Shown here: positions 1 to 13,325 of the stretch, one piece after another
Layout of the letters: each line of letters begins with the position of its first letter
Position numbering within the stretch: position 1 is the first letter of the stretch
Assembly (NCBI GenBank): GCA_036172245.1
Contig: JAYWIR010000003.1
Coordinates: forward strand, 3,100,001 to 3,164,000
Direction of reading: 5' to 3'
From: Raillietiella orientalis
Taxonomy: Eukaryota
DNA length: 64,000 bases
Program-made: the position numbers and the translations under genes
The notes under the pieces: model-generated
Seen by the model: the letters and a program-made list of their open reading frames with translations, nothing else
Database searches by the model: none
What the model was told of the DNA's origin: nothing

Positions 1-998
1 AAGCCACATGCCAAGTTGTGTTGCACCTGCTCGATCCAAGCAGCCCTGAACATGCTACCTTGTTCATAGGTCGCTTAATTCCTGTTATAGTGCGCAAGTT
101 TGGGGACTGTTTAGGTGATCATCTGGATCAGCTGCTGAAAGCTGTACTGAGTAAGTTACAACGTGCCCAGGCTCTGAGCATCGAGCAGGTAAAAGTAATT
201 TCAAAAACTGATAGAAATTGGAATTTGGGAACCAGAGTTTGATCCTCGTTTTTGCTCATCTTATTCATTTGCGACTTGAATTACTTCTTGATTTCTTGTC
301 CATGGTTCCTGGCCCTACTGGCACGTCAGCACTGGAATTTGTACTTTCAAAGTGGTGTGCTAGGCAGTCTTTGTTTTATGGTAATTATGAGCGCAAAGTC
401 AGGTAAAAATGCAATCGTAGGTTTTATGTTTGTCTTCAACTTTTGTTCTTTTGTTGTTAGCATATTAGCACTGTGTAAACTGTTAGATCATGCTTTGATC
501 ACAAACAACATCCAGCTACAGAATATGGTCACTCCAGGAGACCAAATACTTGATGATAAAGGAGTATTAACTAGAAGACAGAGGACTAAGCAGCCCCTGC
601 AATGGACCACTGTGCCTCTACTAGTAAAACTCGTCAAGTTAATAATCGGAGAATTGGACTATATTCTTGAAAACAAAATGGCTTCCAATGAAGAAGAGGT
701 AATCTGAAACTTAAGTCCTCGAGTTTAAAGTAGCTATCGTGTGCGTGTTTTTTTTAAGAGTACTTCCGAGTCTTTGGAGGGTGATCAGGATGATATAATG
801 GCACTGGATATCAGATACGACAGTAATCTGGAAGAGGAAGATCCTGATGCACTTGCTGATCCTCTGTATTCAATTAACTTGGAGCAGGCATTGCACGAGT
901 TCCTTGTTCATTTGTCTATGAAAAGTTGTTTCACGACCTTTCTTAATCATCTGAATCCTCGTGAGCAACACACTCTCAAGAAATATAGGATTTTATAA
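1..998 (+). CDS. IPO9: Importin-9, 3' portion (5' end lies outside the window)
   Basis: Exons 1-188, 236-402, 461-698, 759-998 join through GT-AG introns into one frame: [17 protein letters not shown]...[28 protein letters not shown]...[18 protein letters not shown]...[15 protein letters not shown]...[17 protein letters not shown]...[10 protein letters not shown]. This is the importin-9 C-terminal HEAT region with its acidic loop. Confidence 0.92.
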
Positions 999-1009
999 CA
1001 TACTTGCTT

Positions 1010-4000
1010 TCATTTACGTTTCTTGCTCTTAGATCTTGCTGCACTGGTGCTCTGTTTCCGTACTGTACACTTTTTGCAGTACCAATTCTCATCATCAGCA
1101 GGGGGAACTTGAATTCCTACGCACACCCTGAGACAAAAATCATAACATGCTCACACAGCGTGCTACATACCAATGATACCAGTCATCACAGCCATCACAT
1201 CCAATCATAGGACTGCCATCATCCTGTTTCCCACATCCAGGACAAATCCACACTTTATTGCCATGCTCATCCTAGACCCCACCAATTCTCAAATGCACAT
1301 TTTTGCAACAAATGCCTGCACTTACGATATATAAGCCTACTGTTTCTGTGATCAATTCAGCATCATCTTTTTTCTTTCCTTTAGATGCCACCTTCTTGTT
1401 ACCTTTGGTTCCAGAGCCTTTTCTGCCTTTATCTTCTAAATCATTATCTATCATTTTACTTCCTTTAGTTTTGGAAGAATCAATGTGAGTTAATGCTGCA
1501 AAACGTGCCAATTCTGGTGATCCACCTGGACTTTGGGTTTCCATTTTCTCATCATTTGCACCCATAAACTCATCTGCACTAACACTGCTGTCTTCACACC
1601 AGGTTTTCTTGCCAGCTTTGATGACACTAAAACAGAAGTTCCGTTGTTTCTCTGTTCTCAACTTACATCTTTGTGTGTCCATCCTGAGCATGAGAAAATG
1701 CGGAATCTTGAGATTCGCCGCTACCGAACTTAAAGGTAATTTTCGGTAAAGCATTTGCATCCCCTTTGTCTTGTCCTTCTGCATCTGAATCCGGTATTCT
1801 CATGTGCTTTCTCGAATCTTTGCTTTTTTCTTTTTTTTCATCTAGATCCTTTTGCATTCTTTCTGATTTTTGTTCTCCCATCCTGTCTACTTTCATCTTT
1901 TTAAACTTATTTATGTCTTTCTAATCCACAAACGACAATTTTTATTTTTCTCAAAAGCATACTTACATTGAGTGATTCTTTGGTTGATGAACGGCTCTTT
2001 TCTCCTGTCCTATTTTTGGATTTCCCAACTGCTGCTGAATTTCCCTGGGACTGCAGCGCTGGTTTAATGGAATTAGATACATTTGGAAAAGCAAAAGGAA
2101 TTGAAGGACTACCTGGTATAGTGTAAGGAAAAGTTGGTAGCATGCCAAATACAGGGTTTTGCAATATATTGGGATTGGGAATGAACGTAGGATGAGAAGG
2201 GAGCTTGGAAAAAATAGGAGATTTTCTCATGTCCAGGGGTTCCATTTCCTTCGACGAATTCTGTCCTTCATGGTTGCTTGAAGGCGCACCTATTCTTCTG
2301 GGAGACACACCTTTCCTTAATTTGGCTCTTTCTCTACCACCAGCTTCTTTTAATTTGCGTTTTCTTTCACTATTCTTATCCTCCATGTTTTTGAGCATGT
2401 GTGATTCGGATGCTTTTGATGAAACCAAGGCTGAGGATGCTCCTCCATGTGGTGCATGGGTCATTCCAATAACTGCTGATATGGTATCATCAATATCTTG
2501 AGCTTGCTTCTCATTTGCATTCTTCAAGACATTGGAAACCCTGTCAGACAAAGTCACATCGGTTTCTTGTTTGTCTTTCGAAAATCCCTTTTTCTTATCT
2601 TTCTTGTCTTTTCTCAAATTTGATTTACTAAGGTCACTGTTTCCACTTGTAACCTTCTTATGCTCTAATAAAGGGCCAGGAAGATCTTTGCGAACTTTGT
2701 TTGCAGTTTCCTCACGCACTTTACTTGTGATCATTTTTTTAAATATATTAAGCTTTTGACGATCAACATCTAATGTAGGAAGTTTTTCCATGGGATCCGA
2801 AAATAAAGCAGGCATAGTTGGTGGTCCTTTAGACCTCGAGAAGCCTGTCTTATTTTTTTTTTTATCTTTATCACTGTCCTTCTTCCCTGAGAAGTTTGCT
2901 TTGGTAATCCCAGAACTACTTGGGACTGATGATTTGACCTTTTTTTTGAAAGAACTGAACTTGATGGCTGGTGTTTTACTTTTAACAGATGCTTTGCTAA
3001 ATTCACTAGATTCACTGGCAAAATGCTGTGAAGAACTGAATTTGTTGGAATCTACAGCTGCTGGATTCGTTTTCTTGGGCATTAAGTTTTCTTTTTCTGG
3101 TAAATTTTGCGTTACTGGAAGAGGAACATGAACTGGAGACTTCAGTCTAAGCTCTGGTAATTGGCCCTCTTTTGATGAGATTATCATGCCAGCACTGTTC
3201 ATTGTGATGGTTGACATAACTCGAACTGTATGATCTTCTTCCAATCTGCAAACACCGAAAAAAAAATATTAATAAAAGCTGATGCTTTCCTTATGTAATG
3301 ACTCACAAGTACCTGGTGTCTTTCCCATTTGGAATTTCAATTATTGAAGGCTCTGTTGAAAGTTTGAAAGACTTTGGTGATTCATTTCCACTGTATTCCT
3401 GTCCATGTCGATAATCTTTTTTTTAAAACAGAATTGTTATGCTAACAAATTAAGATATCTATACTTAAAATTTGAATACATTAGTAAGGATAAAAAAGTA
3501 TCAAAAATACACATTCGGTACGTATTGTGCTTATGCTTAATTAAGTTTTAATCAAGGAAGCACCTCATCATGAGTGGGAACATAAAGAAAATACTGCAAG
3601 AGAATGAACCCATTTACTATTTTTTATGATGAAGAAATGATTGAGACTTTTCCTAGAATTTAACCATGATTTTATTAGCAGTTTCTTTTTCACCATCCCA
3701 TGAGTCAAACTCAAGGCAAATGTGAACTTTGCATGATTAACTCATTTTCTAGATTATCTGATACTTGAAAAATGATACTTCTTGATATTAATGTCTACAA
3801 TAAACAAACTCAAACATGAGCATGACAAATCAGGTTATCCATAATTGAGTGGATGAATCCACCTACTCCAGGATGTTGCAATCAGTTATGCAAATCATAC
3901 ATTTATCAGTCAAAAATGCCTCCATAAAATTTCATGATTTTATGATTACATTCATTACAACAAAATGGCAATAGACTCTTCTGGCTGTAACATACTAATA

Positions 4001-7000
4001 AAAATTCTCTACAACTACTTTGCATAAAGTATGGAAAAAAGTGGTTTCCACTAATTGATTATGCAGACAGGCTCTCCAAGCAATGACAACCAACAAAAAT
4101 TTCAGTTAAATTTGAAATTCCATTTTCAATGTTCATTATGATAAATTTCAAAACTTAAGATAGTTTACAAATCTTTTTTTTTTTTTCCACTCAGTACTGC
4201 TTCACAATTGAACTATCTTTCCTGAACTGAACTCAAACTTAAGGTGCCTGGGTACTTTGAGATACATAACTGAAGCACTTGATCAATTCTGCAAGAGAAT
4301 ACTCACCTGAAGAAAGTAAACACTATAAAATACTGGCTAGTACATAACTTTGATCCCCCCTTCCCCGAAAAAATAAATAAATAAATAATAATAATGGATA
4401 TGAATTACTGTACGAATTAATCGCCATCTTCATAAGATCTTTGAATTTGATCACCAAATTTGATTTGTTTAGCAGTCTGCTGAACGAAATTTCCTTCATT
4501 TCGAAGACTTGGTATTAGGTAAGACAGAAACACATTTTAATTAACAATAAGCATACTGCAAAGAACAGAATTCTCTCAACTGGTAAAGTCAACTAACTTT
4601 CCTATTGTTTTTACATGGCTGAATACTTCATCTTACTTCTAGCACAAAATCTAATTGATATGCATTTTTTTTTTTTATAATAGCATAGCATACATTTACC
4701 ATAAATATCTGGTGTTTGAATGAAGGACAATGACTGCAAAATATACTGTAATCAAAAAACTATTCCCATTATCAATTTTAACAATCCACAGTATCATGAA
4801 ATTAAAGTATACTCCATTAAAAGTTACAAAATAAGCAATATTATTTTTAGAGCAGATTCTTCTATTATCAAGATCCATGAAATACCTTGATTTGTTAGAT
4901 TCATAGGTGGCAAATAATCTGGCACATGCGAAGGTCTAATTGTGGTTTCATTACTGTTCTGATCCAGAAACTGGAAACTTGCTTCTCGTGGAACTGGATA
5001 GGCAGCAACTTTGTGACTGAATGGTTGCAATCCTACATTGCTGACGTATTCTTGAAATTGGGAAATATTGATTCCCATATCTTCAAATGTTAATTCAACA
5101 TCTGTTAGATCAGTGTTACTCCGTCCAGCTGCAAATAAACCGTTTTCGTACTGATTTAAGCAATACAACCAGTATTAAATCACCCTTTAATTTACTTTAA
5201 TTCAATCACATCAGAATTCTTTTAATTATTTCATAAGTTTTACTAACAAGAAAATGCTATCAATGATCTCTGACTAAAAAACTTAACCATATTATCCCTT
5301 ATCCAAATTTTCTTTATGAACAAATTAGTGGTTTCAACAAGAGAAATTCATTCTCGACCTTTCAATCCCCAAGTCTTTCAACTCCAAAATGACTCTTAAG
5401 AAATACATTTACACATTCAGTAAGGCTAGTCAAACAATTACATACTCTAATCAATATGAAAAGTTCCACTCAAATCCACTTTAAAGAAACTTTCCTTTTG
5501 ATTTTCACAACTCATTTTGCCTATCTCTAAATTCAAATTCCTAATTGGAAGAACACTTCAACATAGAATCAGTTATGGATGCTTTTTTAACCATTTTCCC
5601 AAGAAATTGCAACAGGTTCATCTATATCTATTACATGCAAGCACTTACTGTCCAAGTGCACATTAACAGCTGACAATAAAAAATGTCCTTTAATGTGATC
5701 TTGTTAATTTTGATTTCTATCACAAAGTATCACACAAACTACTGCACACATTTAGAACAGCGGAATAATCATTACTGTACTCCATACTAAAGTGGTATGT
5801 AATGAATACAATAAGTTAAGTAATGTATAAATATATTTGGTATTTTTTTTCTTACAGTGTAAGTAGAAGTACATATTGAGTCATAAATATGTTCAATACA
5901 ACCTAATCTACCAAAGAAATTTTTGAAGCTCCTTCCTTGACAAAATTTCCAAAAACTGGAATACAAATTGAGCAAAAACTAAACAGCACCATCAAAAGGC
6001 CTAATTTTCTGAATGCAAAAATAAGTTCACATCTTAAGTGCAAAACCAATATTTTTTTTTAAAAAATTATCATTTCTCTTGCAGACTATTCCTTATCTTA
6101 AGCACTAGTATAAAGCAAATGAATTACATAATGTTAAGCAATCATTCTCTAAAGGTGATTACTTTCATCATTTTTCATTCATAACAATGCCTAAATATGT
6201 CTTTTTAAAATTAACAAGAATACAACCACAAAAATCATCAAACACTTGTCTTCAGGCTGGACTGATCAACACATGAATAACTTAAGAATATATTGTCTGG
6301 TAATCTGTTTAACTATCACTAATTACAACTGCAACACAATAATGTTAAGGAAAATCCAATTAAAGAAATACAATTCCAAGGCAGAAAAGTGGGCAAAAGA
6401 ACATCGTTATTCAATGTCCTCTTTCTTGTAGATCAGTGCTACTAAGAAAAAAAAAAAAAAAACAGAACATTGCTGCACAGAGCTGTAACAAATATTAAGA
6501 ACTTTTCTCACTTCTTCTTGATCAACTTGAAATACAGAATCAGAAAAAGAAACCAACAATACATTAAAAATGATGACTGTGTACTGACAATGCCTGAAAC
6601 AATCTAACGAATACCATATACGTATAAAATGAACAGGCAGATCCCACAACACCAGTTTCAAAAAAAATTGGGTTACTGGTGCTATCAACATAACTTCTTG
6701 TTAAATATTCACTTAAATAATACCTTGTAAATATAATTTTATAAAGCAAACTGAATCAATATGATTGGAATTCTTGGCAAATAATTATTTTCTTGAAAAT
6801 CCTATATTTCTGCTGAATCAACCCTCCTCGCTTTTACAAATTTCATAAAAAATATAATCATAATCAAGAATGACAAAATTGCCATAAAGTTCCTCATGAT
6901 AGGTTTCGACTTGGTTAAGATTGTAAGATAATATACTACTTGGGAATGGCAATTTGGTAGCATTTTCAGTGTACCAAACAAAAACTTGCAATAATGTGTT

Positions 7001-7603
7001 ACTGAAATCTTCTACTGTGAATTATAAAGCCTGAATGAGCAATATACCAATTATTCTCAAAAAGCCTTCTAATATTAAAATTACAAAATACAAGTATTGC
7101 TATTTTTTAAAAATGGAACAATTTCAAACGTTACCTAAACATGAAACGCTTGCTATGTAAAAAAAATCCCTGTCGTTTTGGTCTAATGGCAAATAAAACA
7201 AAAAAGAAAATTACCAACTTTCTATGGCAGACTCAACTTTAAATGGCAATTCATGAACTTCAAATAATATGGAAAATCAAACTACTCCTGTCGTTTGAAA
7301 ACAGCAACAAAGGTAGCACTTGAACATTATTTATTACAGCCCACAATCCCACATTTTAGTATGAGCTCAAATGTTCAAACACAATTCCCGATACTTGTTC
7401 ACAAAAAAACCATAAAAACATACTTCACAATACTCACATAATTCGGCATATCTATGAACTCTTTGGGCCAATTGGAAGAGAAAATTCTTAGCGATATCTA
7501 CTAATATATCCAGCGAAGACACTGTCAAAGAGCTAAAACCAATATTTTGACAGATCTGTGATACTACAGTCCTCAATACACTTGCTGAGAACTTGCAAGC
7601 CAT
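1010..7603 (-). CDS. TAF3: TFIID subunit TAF3 (histone fold, long Lys-rich linker, C-terminal PHD finger)
   Basis: Exons approx. 7603-7438, 5128-4886, 3415-3313, 3245-1967, 1920-1667, 1626-1326, 1271-1171, 1127-1010. N-terminus MACKFSASVLRTVVSQICQNIGF...RYAEL|AGRSNTDLTDVELTFEDMGI...HVPDYLPPM is the bromodomain-associated histone fold. C-terminus VWICPGCGKQDDGSPMIGCDGCDDWYHWVCVGIQVPPADDENWYCKKC is the PHD finger. TGA at 1012-1010. Confidence 0.92.
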
Positions 7604-10600
7604 GCTGATGGTCATGTGTAAACGCAAATCGGCAGATTTAAGCAACAGTGTAACACAGTTTTGGTGATAATTTTCTCATGATTACACCAATAACTCCAAC
7701 ACGGGTGGGTTGCGTAACACATGGTTACTCAAAACTCGGCTGTATTCAACTAAACGTAGTGCAAGCTTTACATGAAATACTATCTCGCACTCATGAACAT
7801 AGGCTTTCTCCCAGTTGCGTACACATTGCCTAACTCACCATGTTTTCATACTGATCCAAAGTGTAAACTTTTCTTTCGAAGCAGTGCTTCTGCATTTTCC
7901 GTTCGTGAAAATTTACTCTATTTATTAAAAAAAAAAAAAAATGTTTTTAGAAACATTCAGTTTCCAACAACACTAGGTTTCTATCATACAGATTTAAAAG
8001 ATTCCATAACGGTTCCCTTTTCAATTTGTTTATTTCTTTTAATTCAAATCTTAGACATCTTAGAAACATCTCTATGATTAAAGGACGATTTTGTAGAGAA
8101 AGATGGTAAATGGTTTCTTAAATACACTATTGGTCCTGGTAAATAATTTCGAAAAGGCCCTTCCAGATGATGATGTTTAATTAAATGTATCGCTCAGATA
8201 TAGCATACTTAAATGACAAAGAATTTTCAAAACTAATGATTCGTAAATAACAGATTCTTGAGTGCGTTAACTATTTTCGTGTTACAATAATGAGAAAAAT
8301 CAGTATAATAATTGCAAAGTTCGCATTACATTTGAAACATTTTTATTATCATGCCGATTCTGTTGGAGGAGAGATTTAAAATTCTGACTTAACGTGAAAA
8401 GTAGTCATAGTCACCAAATTAACCCCCATTGTTCTGCAAGTATTAAGTCATTTCTAGAAATGGCACGTCTACTTGAAACAAAAACTCTGAATGATTATTA
8501 CTTAATCCTAAAAAGTTCCAAAAATTCATCATCTACTTCAAAAACTAATAAGTGTCCATAATTTCTTTCTTAACACGTCGTACTCTCAATAAAAAATCTA
8601 TTGCAGTTAATGGCCAATGATTCTCATATGTATTTACATCAAATTAGAAATCAATAACTTAAAAAAACGTGCAAAAATGCTAAGAGAATACAATTTCAGG
8701 ATGATTCCTTTAAAAGCAAAGATCCGCTTTAGCGTCATTCCGGGATTTTTGTGATAGCGAAATCGGATGAGAAACAGAAACGTATTTTCATTCGTACATG
8801 AAATTTGTAAAACTCATAAAGTGGATTCCCTTTTGTTGCTAGGACGTCAGAAACGGTACAGTTTGCAAAATAAATACGGAAAATGGCAATTCTAGGATAT
8901 CAATTGTCCTGCATATTTTCATACACAACTATCTTCAAATCAGTTCACCTGAAACAAGGAAGAGATCTTGGTAGTTCCCTTTCTTTAAAAAGAGCAGTTC
9001 GAGGGCTTATTTAGAAAAGCAAACAAGCAACAAATGCATTGTTTGAGACTACTTATCATACTCAGAAGCAGTTAGTAAGATGAGTACAATTTTTTTCCCT
9101 ACACGTGTTTCGGCTATGTTTAACGTCTGTGCAATTGTATCATTATTTGACATTATGGTAGTGAAAATGAGCATCGCAGTGGAAATTAGAAATACAAATC
9201 GAGTTTATGACATAAATGACTTTTTCTACGCTATTCGTCAGGTCGTTGTGCATTTAAATAGAAGAATTCCTAAAGTATTAGCTCTCGTGTTCTACATTTT
9301 TCGCTCCAGGCTTTTGGATTAGAGCTACACAATTTAGATGACCTTGTTTAATTAATTTAATTCCAAATCAATTTACTTGTATGGAAGAGTGTCTTTTGCT
9401 TAATTCACAAGGATTATTGAGATCCTTTTCAAAATAAACCGAAAAGTAGATAACAATTCAGTGACCTAAGTTTTTGCTAGTATGAATAGGTACAAAACAA
9501 AATGGATGATCTCTTTGAATTCCAGTTGTGAGTTTATTTTGAGTACAAGGAAATTTATAACGAGGGAGAATTAGTTCTTTTCCCATCAGCAGAGTCATTC
9601 TTATTTGAACTAGGGAATGCAGAGTAAATTCTCTTGTTTATTTTCCAATCTACAGCAGGAAACTCATTATCCTTATACATTGAAGATTCAATAGAACTTA
9701 AAATATGTATAGCAGGAAATAAAAGACGAAGAACAATCTCTAGAAACAAAACTGCTAAAAAAAAAATAGTCGTTGGGATGTGACGAATTCTGTAACCGAT
9801 ATAGATTGAAAGAATTTAAAAATGAACTTCATTTCTATTGACATCATCTTTAACACATACCCTTTTCCATTTTTTAATTGTTTACTTCTTGGTATTCTCA
9901 GGAAAAATCTCTAAAGTGGCGAGTTCATGTGTTTCTTGTGAGCTGGGAAACTTCGGAATCTCAAGCTTGGTGTTTTAAGAGCCGTGTAAACCATGATACG
10001 GTTTTAGTCAGCAGAAACACGAACATATGTGAACTCTGTTTTTGAATACATTTGTGAACTCTGTTTTTATCACATGCAGTATTCGAATCTAGGAAGAATT
10101 GATATTTGCAAGTTGACAACTATACTCATGTTTGTGTGTGTGCTTAAACAGTGCATAATTATTTCTGTTTGCATCAAAGATGAAACTACTTTTGATGGCA
10201 TTCGATCACAGGATGGATTTCTCGATCCTCCAAATGTTTTCGGATTCAAAATTGCATCAATATACTATGAAAAGTGGCAGATGTGGAGCAATGAGACTTA
10301 CATTTGCGCTCATAAACGGTGTGTTTGTAAATCAGCTGCTTGTTCATGGGGAATTGAATAATTTTATAATTGGAATAAATAACAATACTATGTATTTCTT
10401 TCATGTGTTCTCAAATCTGACATTCGAACAGTTGGCATTCAGATTCCAGCCTTTGGAATCATCTTTACGTGCATTGTATTCATGCGTTACCCATAAGAAG
10501 GATTCGAGAGTGCCTTTCCAGAAACACAATCAGGATAAAATTAAGCTGTGTTGCTATTTTAATTTTCATCTCTGTGCATTTATTTCGGGAAAAATTATTT

Positions 10601-11526
10601 CTACGCCCTTGATGTCTTTCATTTGGTTTGCTCCTTGTTATCTTTAATGTGTGAAAGTGTGGAATGTGCACATGGGTTGAGATGGCATCATATGTGATAT
10701 TGACCTGATTAGCTCAATCCTTAATCAAGGTTCATTTCCGATTTCTCTAAATGACCGTGGACAATGGGTGTTCTTTAAATGTGTTCAATTTTTGCCATTT
10801 TTCTTACACTCCACAAATTCTACTCCGAATCTAAATTGATGTATCGTTACAAGTCGATATCAATGAGGACGTAACTTGTAGTTTGGGAGCAGACTGCTAA
10901 TTTTTTTTTTCTTCTAAAAATGTGGTTGAAATCTGGAGAAGTTCTCCATTTTGGGGAAAACACACACATATTTTTCTAATATTTAAGATCATTCATGCCA
11001 TGGAAGAATTTATGTTCATTTATTGTTTGAAAAGTTCAGTAAGTAAATGAATGTATTCAAGTAGTCAAAAATTAAGCAACTGGTCGACAACTACTGAATT
11101 AGAATTTAGCATTGAAGCATAATCATTCCAGTTTTCGAAAGAGGTGAAAATCCCAATCACTCTTGTCGAACTATTCGAGGATCACATTATCCTAGAAAGA
11201 ATTCGGAGTTTTGTAGACTTCTGGTATCTGGCATCTTGGAACGTGGATCTTGGAAGAGAACAATTTAGATAGTAAGCATAGTTTTCAACCAAAAATAAAA
11301 ATCAGTGAACTACTCCTCTGTAGAGTACACTGAAGTCTGTCTGAGATACACGACGTATGCCCAGAGGATTTTCGTAGAATCGTGTGTCTCAAGACGAAAC
11401 ATCTCTGAGTGATGGGCATGGACGTGGCATCTCAAGTTTCACATTCTGTTCTTAGTTTTGCTTAACGAGGAATCGGGCTCGAGTTTGGAACGGAAATCAG
11501 CGCTGAACACGTACTCGATTTTTACA

Positions 11527-11718
11527 AAAAAAAAAAAAAAAACCCCAACATTCAGGGCTTTCATCCTTCCAAAGGCGCTGATTTCTCTGGGTTGCCAACT
11601 CCCACTTGGCGAAGAGCTAATAAGGCAAAAAAGAAAAAACCGTTTCTTGTCGAGCGCTCCGATGCCCAGGGAAGGAAACCCGGCCTTTCTGCTCCGCCCC
11701 CCCGTCACCCAGGAGGAT
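11527..11718 (-). mobile_element. Short 3'-UTR remnant of the L1/Tx1-like family
   Basis: GC-rich patch in an AT-rich spacer. The minus strand reads T-tract + ctcttcgccaagtgggag, matching T-tract + cccttcgccagtggag in the 3' UTR of the 19271-20443 element. Confidence 0.4.
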
Positions 11719-12373
11719 TATTTTTTCTTCTATAAGTTTTCCACGGGCCTCGCGACAAATTCCGTGCAATTTAGAGCACTCCGTTTCACTAAGAATAGGA
11801 GGGTGATATTGTTAGATGGGTGTTTGCTCGAGCGGTTGGTTCAAACTGCGGATACGGAATTGTGTTCAAGTGTCCAGTGTGTGCATGGAATCTTTCTCGT
11901 TTTTTTCCATTCTTGCGTTTCATACCTTGACGGGAATTGCAATTTTGCAAACGTTTACCGATAAAGAACTGTCTCTGGAAACTTTAATTTAGTGGAGGTT
12001 GACGAATAAAGGTACGGAGTGGATCCTGGTTCATGCACGCCCGAGGTCGCAACGAGGTGTTTGAATTATGTGCATAATTCTATTTCCGTGGCATACTTTG
12101 TGTCGTACTCCTTAATAAAATTGAATTGCTTATGGACTTTAACCAAAGTCGTCGTGGTTGGCAATATGTGAAATGAAAGGTACTCTGGGTGTATGAAAGG
12201 GAATGCCTTATATTTTCACCGAAGCTCTTATGTGTTAGGATTTTGTTGTGATAGTAACATACGATAACAGATCCATGCTCCAAATATGATAACTGCACTG
12301 TATCTGTGATTGAATTGCAACATGTATGTATGCATGCTGATGTATTTTAGCAAAGTTAAGGTGGAAGCAAAAA

Positions 12374-13286
12374 ATGACATCTATGAATGGTACTTCAATA
12401 AACATTATGCTTGACACGTATCAAGCTCTGTCATCTGACCCTGCAACTTCAGCAAGTCTTGCCAGGGATACCTTAGCCATGCAATTCTTAGTGTTTATAT
12501 TAGATTCTGCAGAGGAATTGGTGCAAATCAAGGTTCTCGAAATTTTGCTCAATTTAGCAAAACAACGTCACTGCAGGGCTAATTTGTTTGCTGTGTACGG
12601 TGTCAAGGAATGTATCTGTGTTCTGGTTAAAAAACGAAGGTACATAGTAAATGCATAATGATTCTCTACATACTCTGAAATTAAGAAAGAACAAACTACC
12701 TGCTTGCTTAGAAAATGCTGTTTCACAGCTTGAAGAACTTCTTTTGGAACAAACTAAACTGTGGAAAAGCAATCAATTAGCAGCTCCTATCAAACAAGAA
12801 TGCAAGTTCATTGATGCAGGTTCTGTAAAGACTGTGCATATCAAGATGGACAAACCAATAAATCAGGTAAATTTGTATTCACTTTCGAGATTTTAACTCA
12901 CTCACATTTAGAGTCAAAGGCAACAATGTGAGGATAAACTCCTTCAGCTGAAAGGAATTATTTCCGTTACGTTTGACTCTGAAGGAACTTTATGTTCCTG
13001 TCAAGTGAAATCCGAGTTGCCTTCCCAACAGCTCCGAAAGATAATTGCAGATGTGCAAGGGATAAATATTGTTGCTGTGACATGCTCTAGGAGAGGGATG
13101 AAGCCTTTAGTGAACACAGACGATGCTAACCTTGTTGATGATGAACTTCCTAAGTATCTTCCAGAAGAAGAATCGCCAATCAAGGAAAAAGCCCTTGCTT
13201 CTTCAGGAATATCAGCATTGAAAGAAAAAGCAGGATCATGGTTAGGAACAGCCAGCAGTTTTCTACAGCGCTCTTTTTATTGGTGA
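12374..13286 (+). CDS. ARMC1: Armadillo repeat-containing protein 1 (ARM repeat + HMA-like domain)
   Basis: Exons approx. 12374-12639, 12686-12866, 12912-13286. QCEDKLLQLKGIISVTFD is HMA-like, and PKYLPEEESP plus the C-terminus SWLGTASSFLQRSFYW* are typical of ARMC1. Confidence 0.88.
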
Positions 13287-13325
13287 TTTCGTTACAAAAA
13301 TCAGTGATATTTGATGGAAAAGCAG

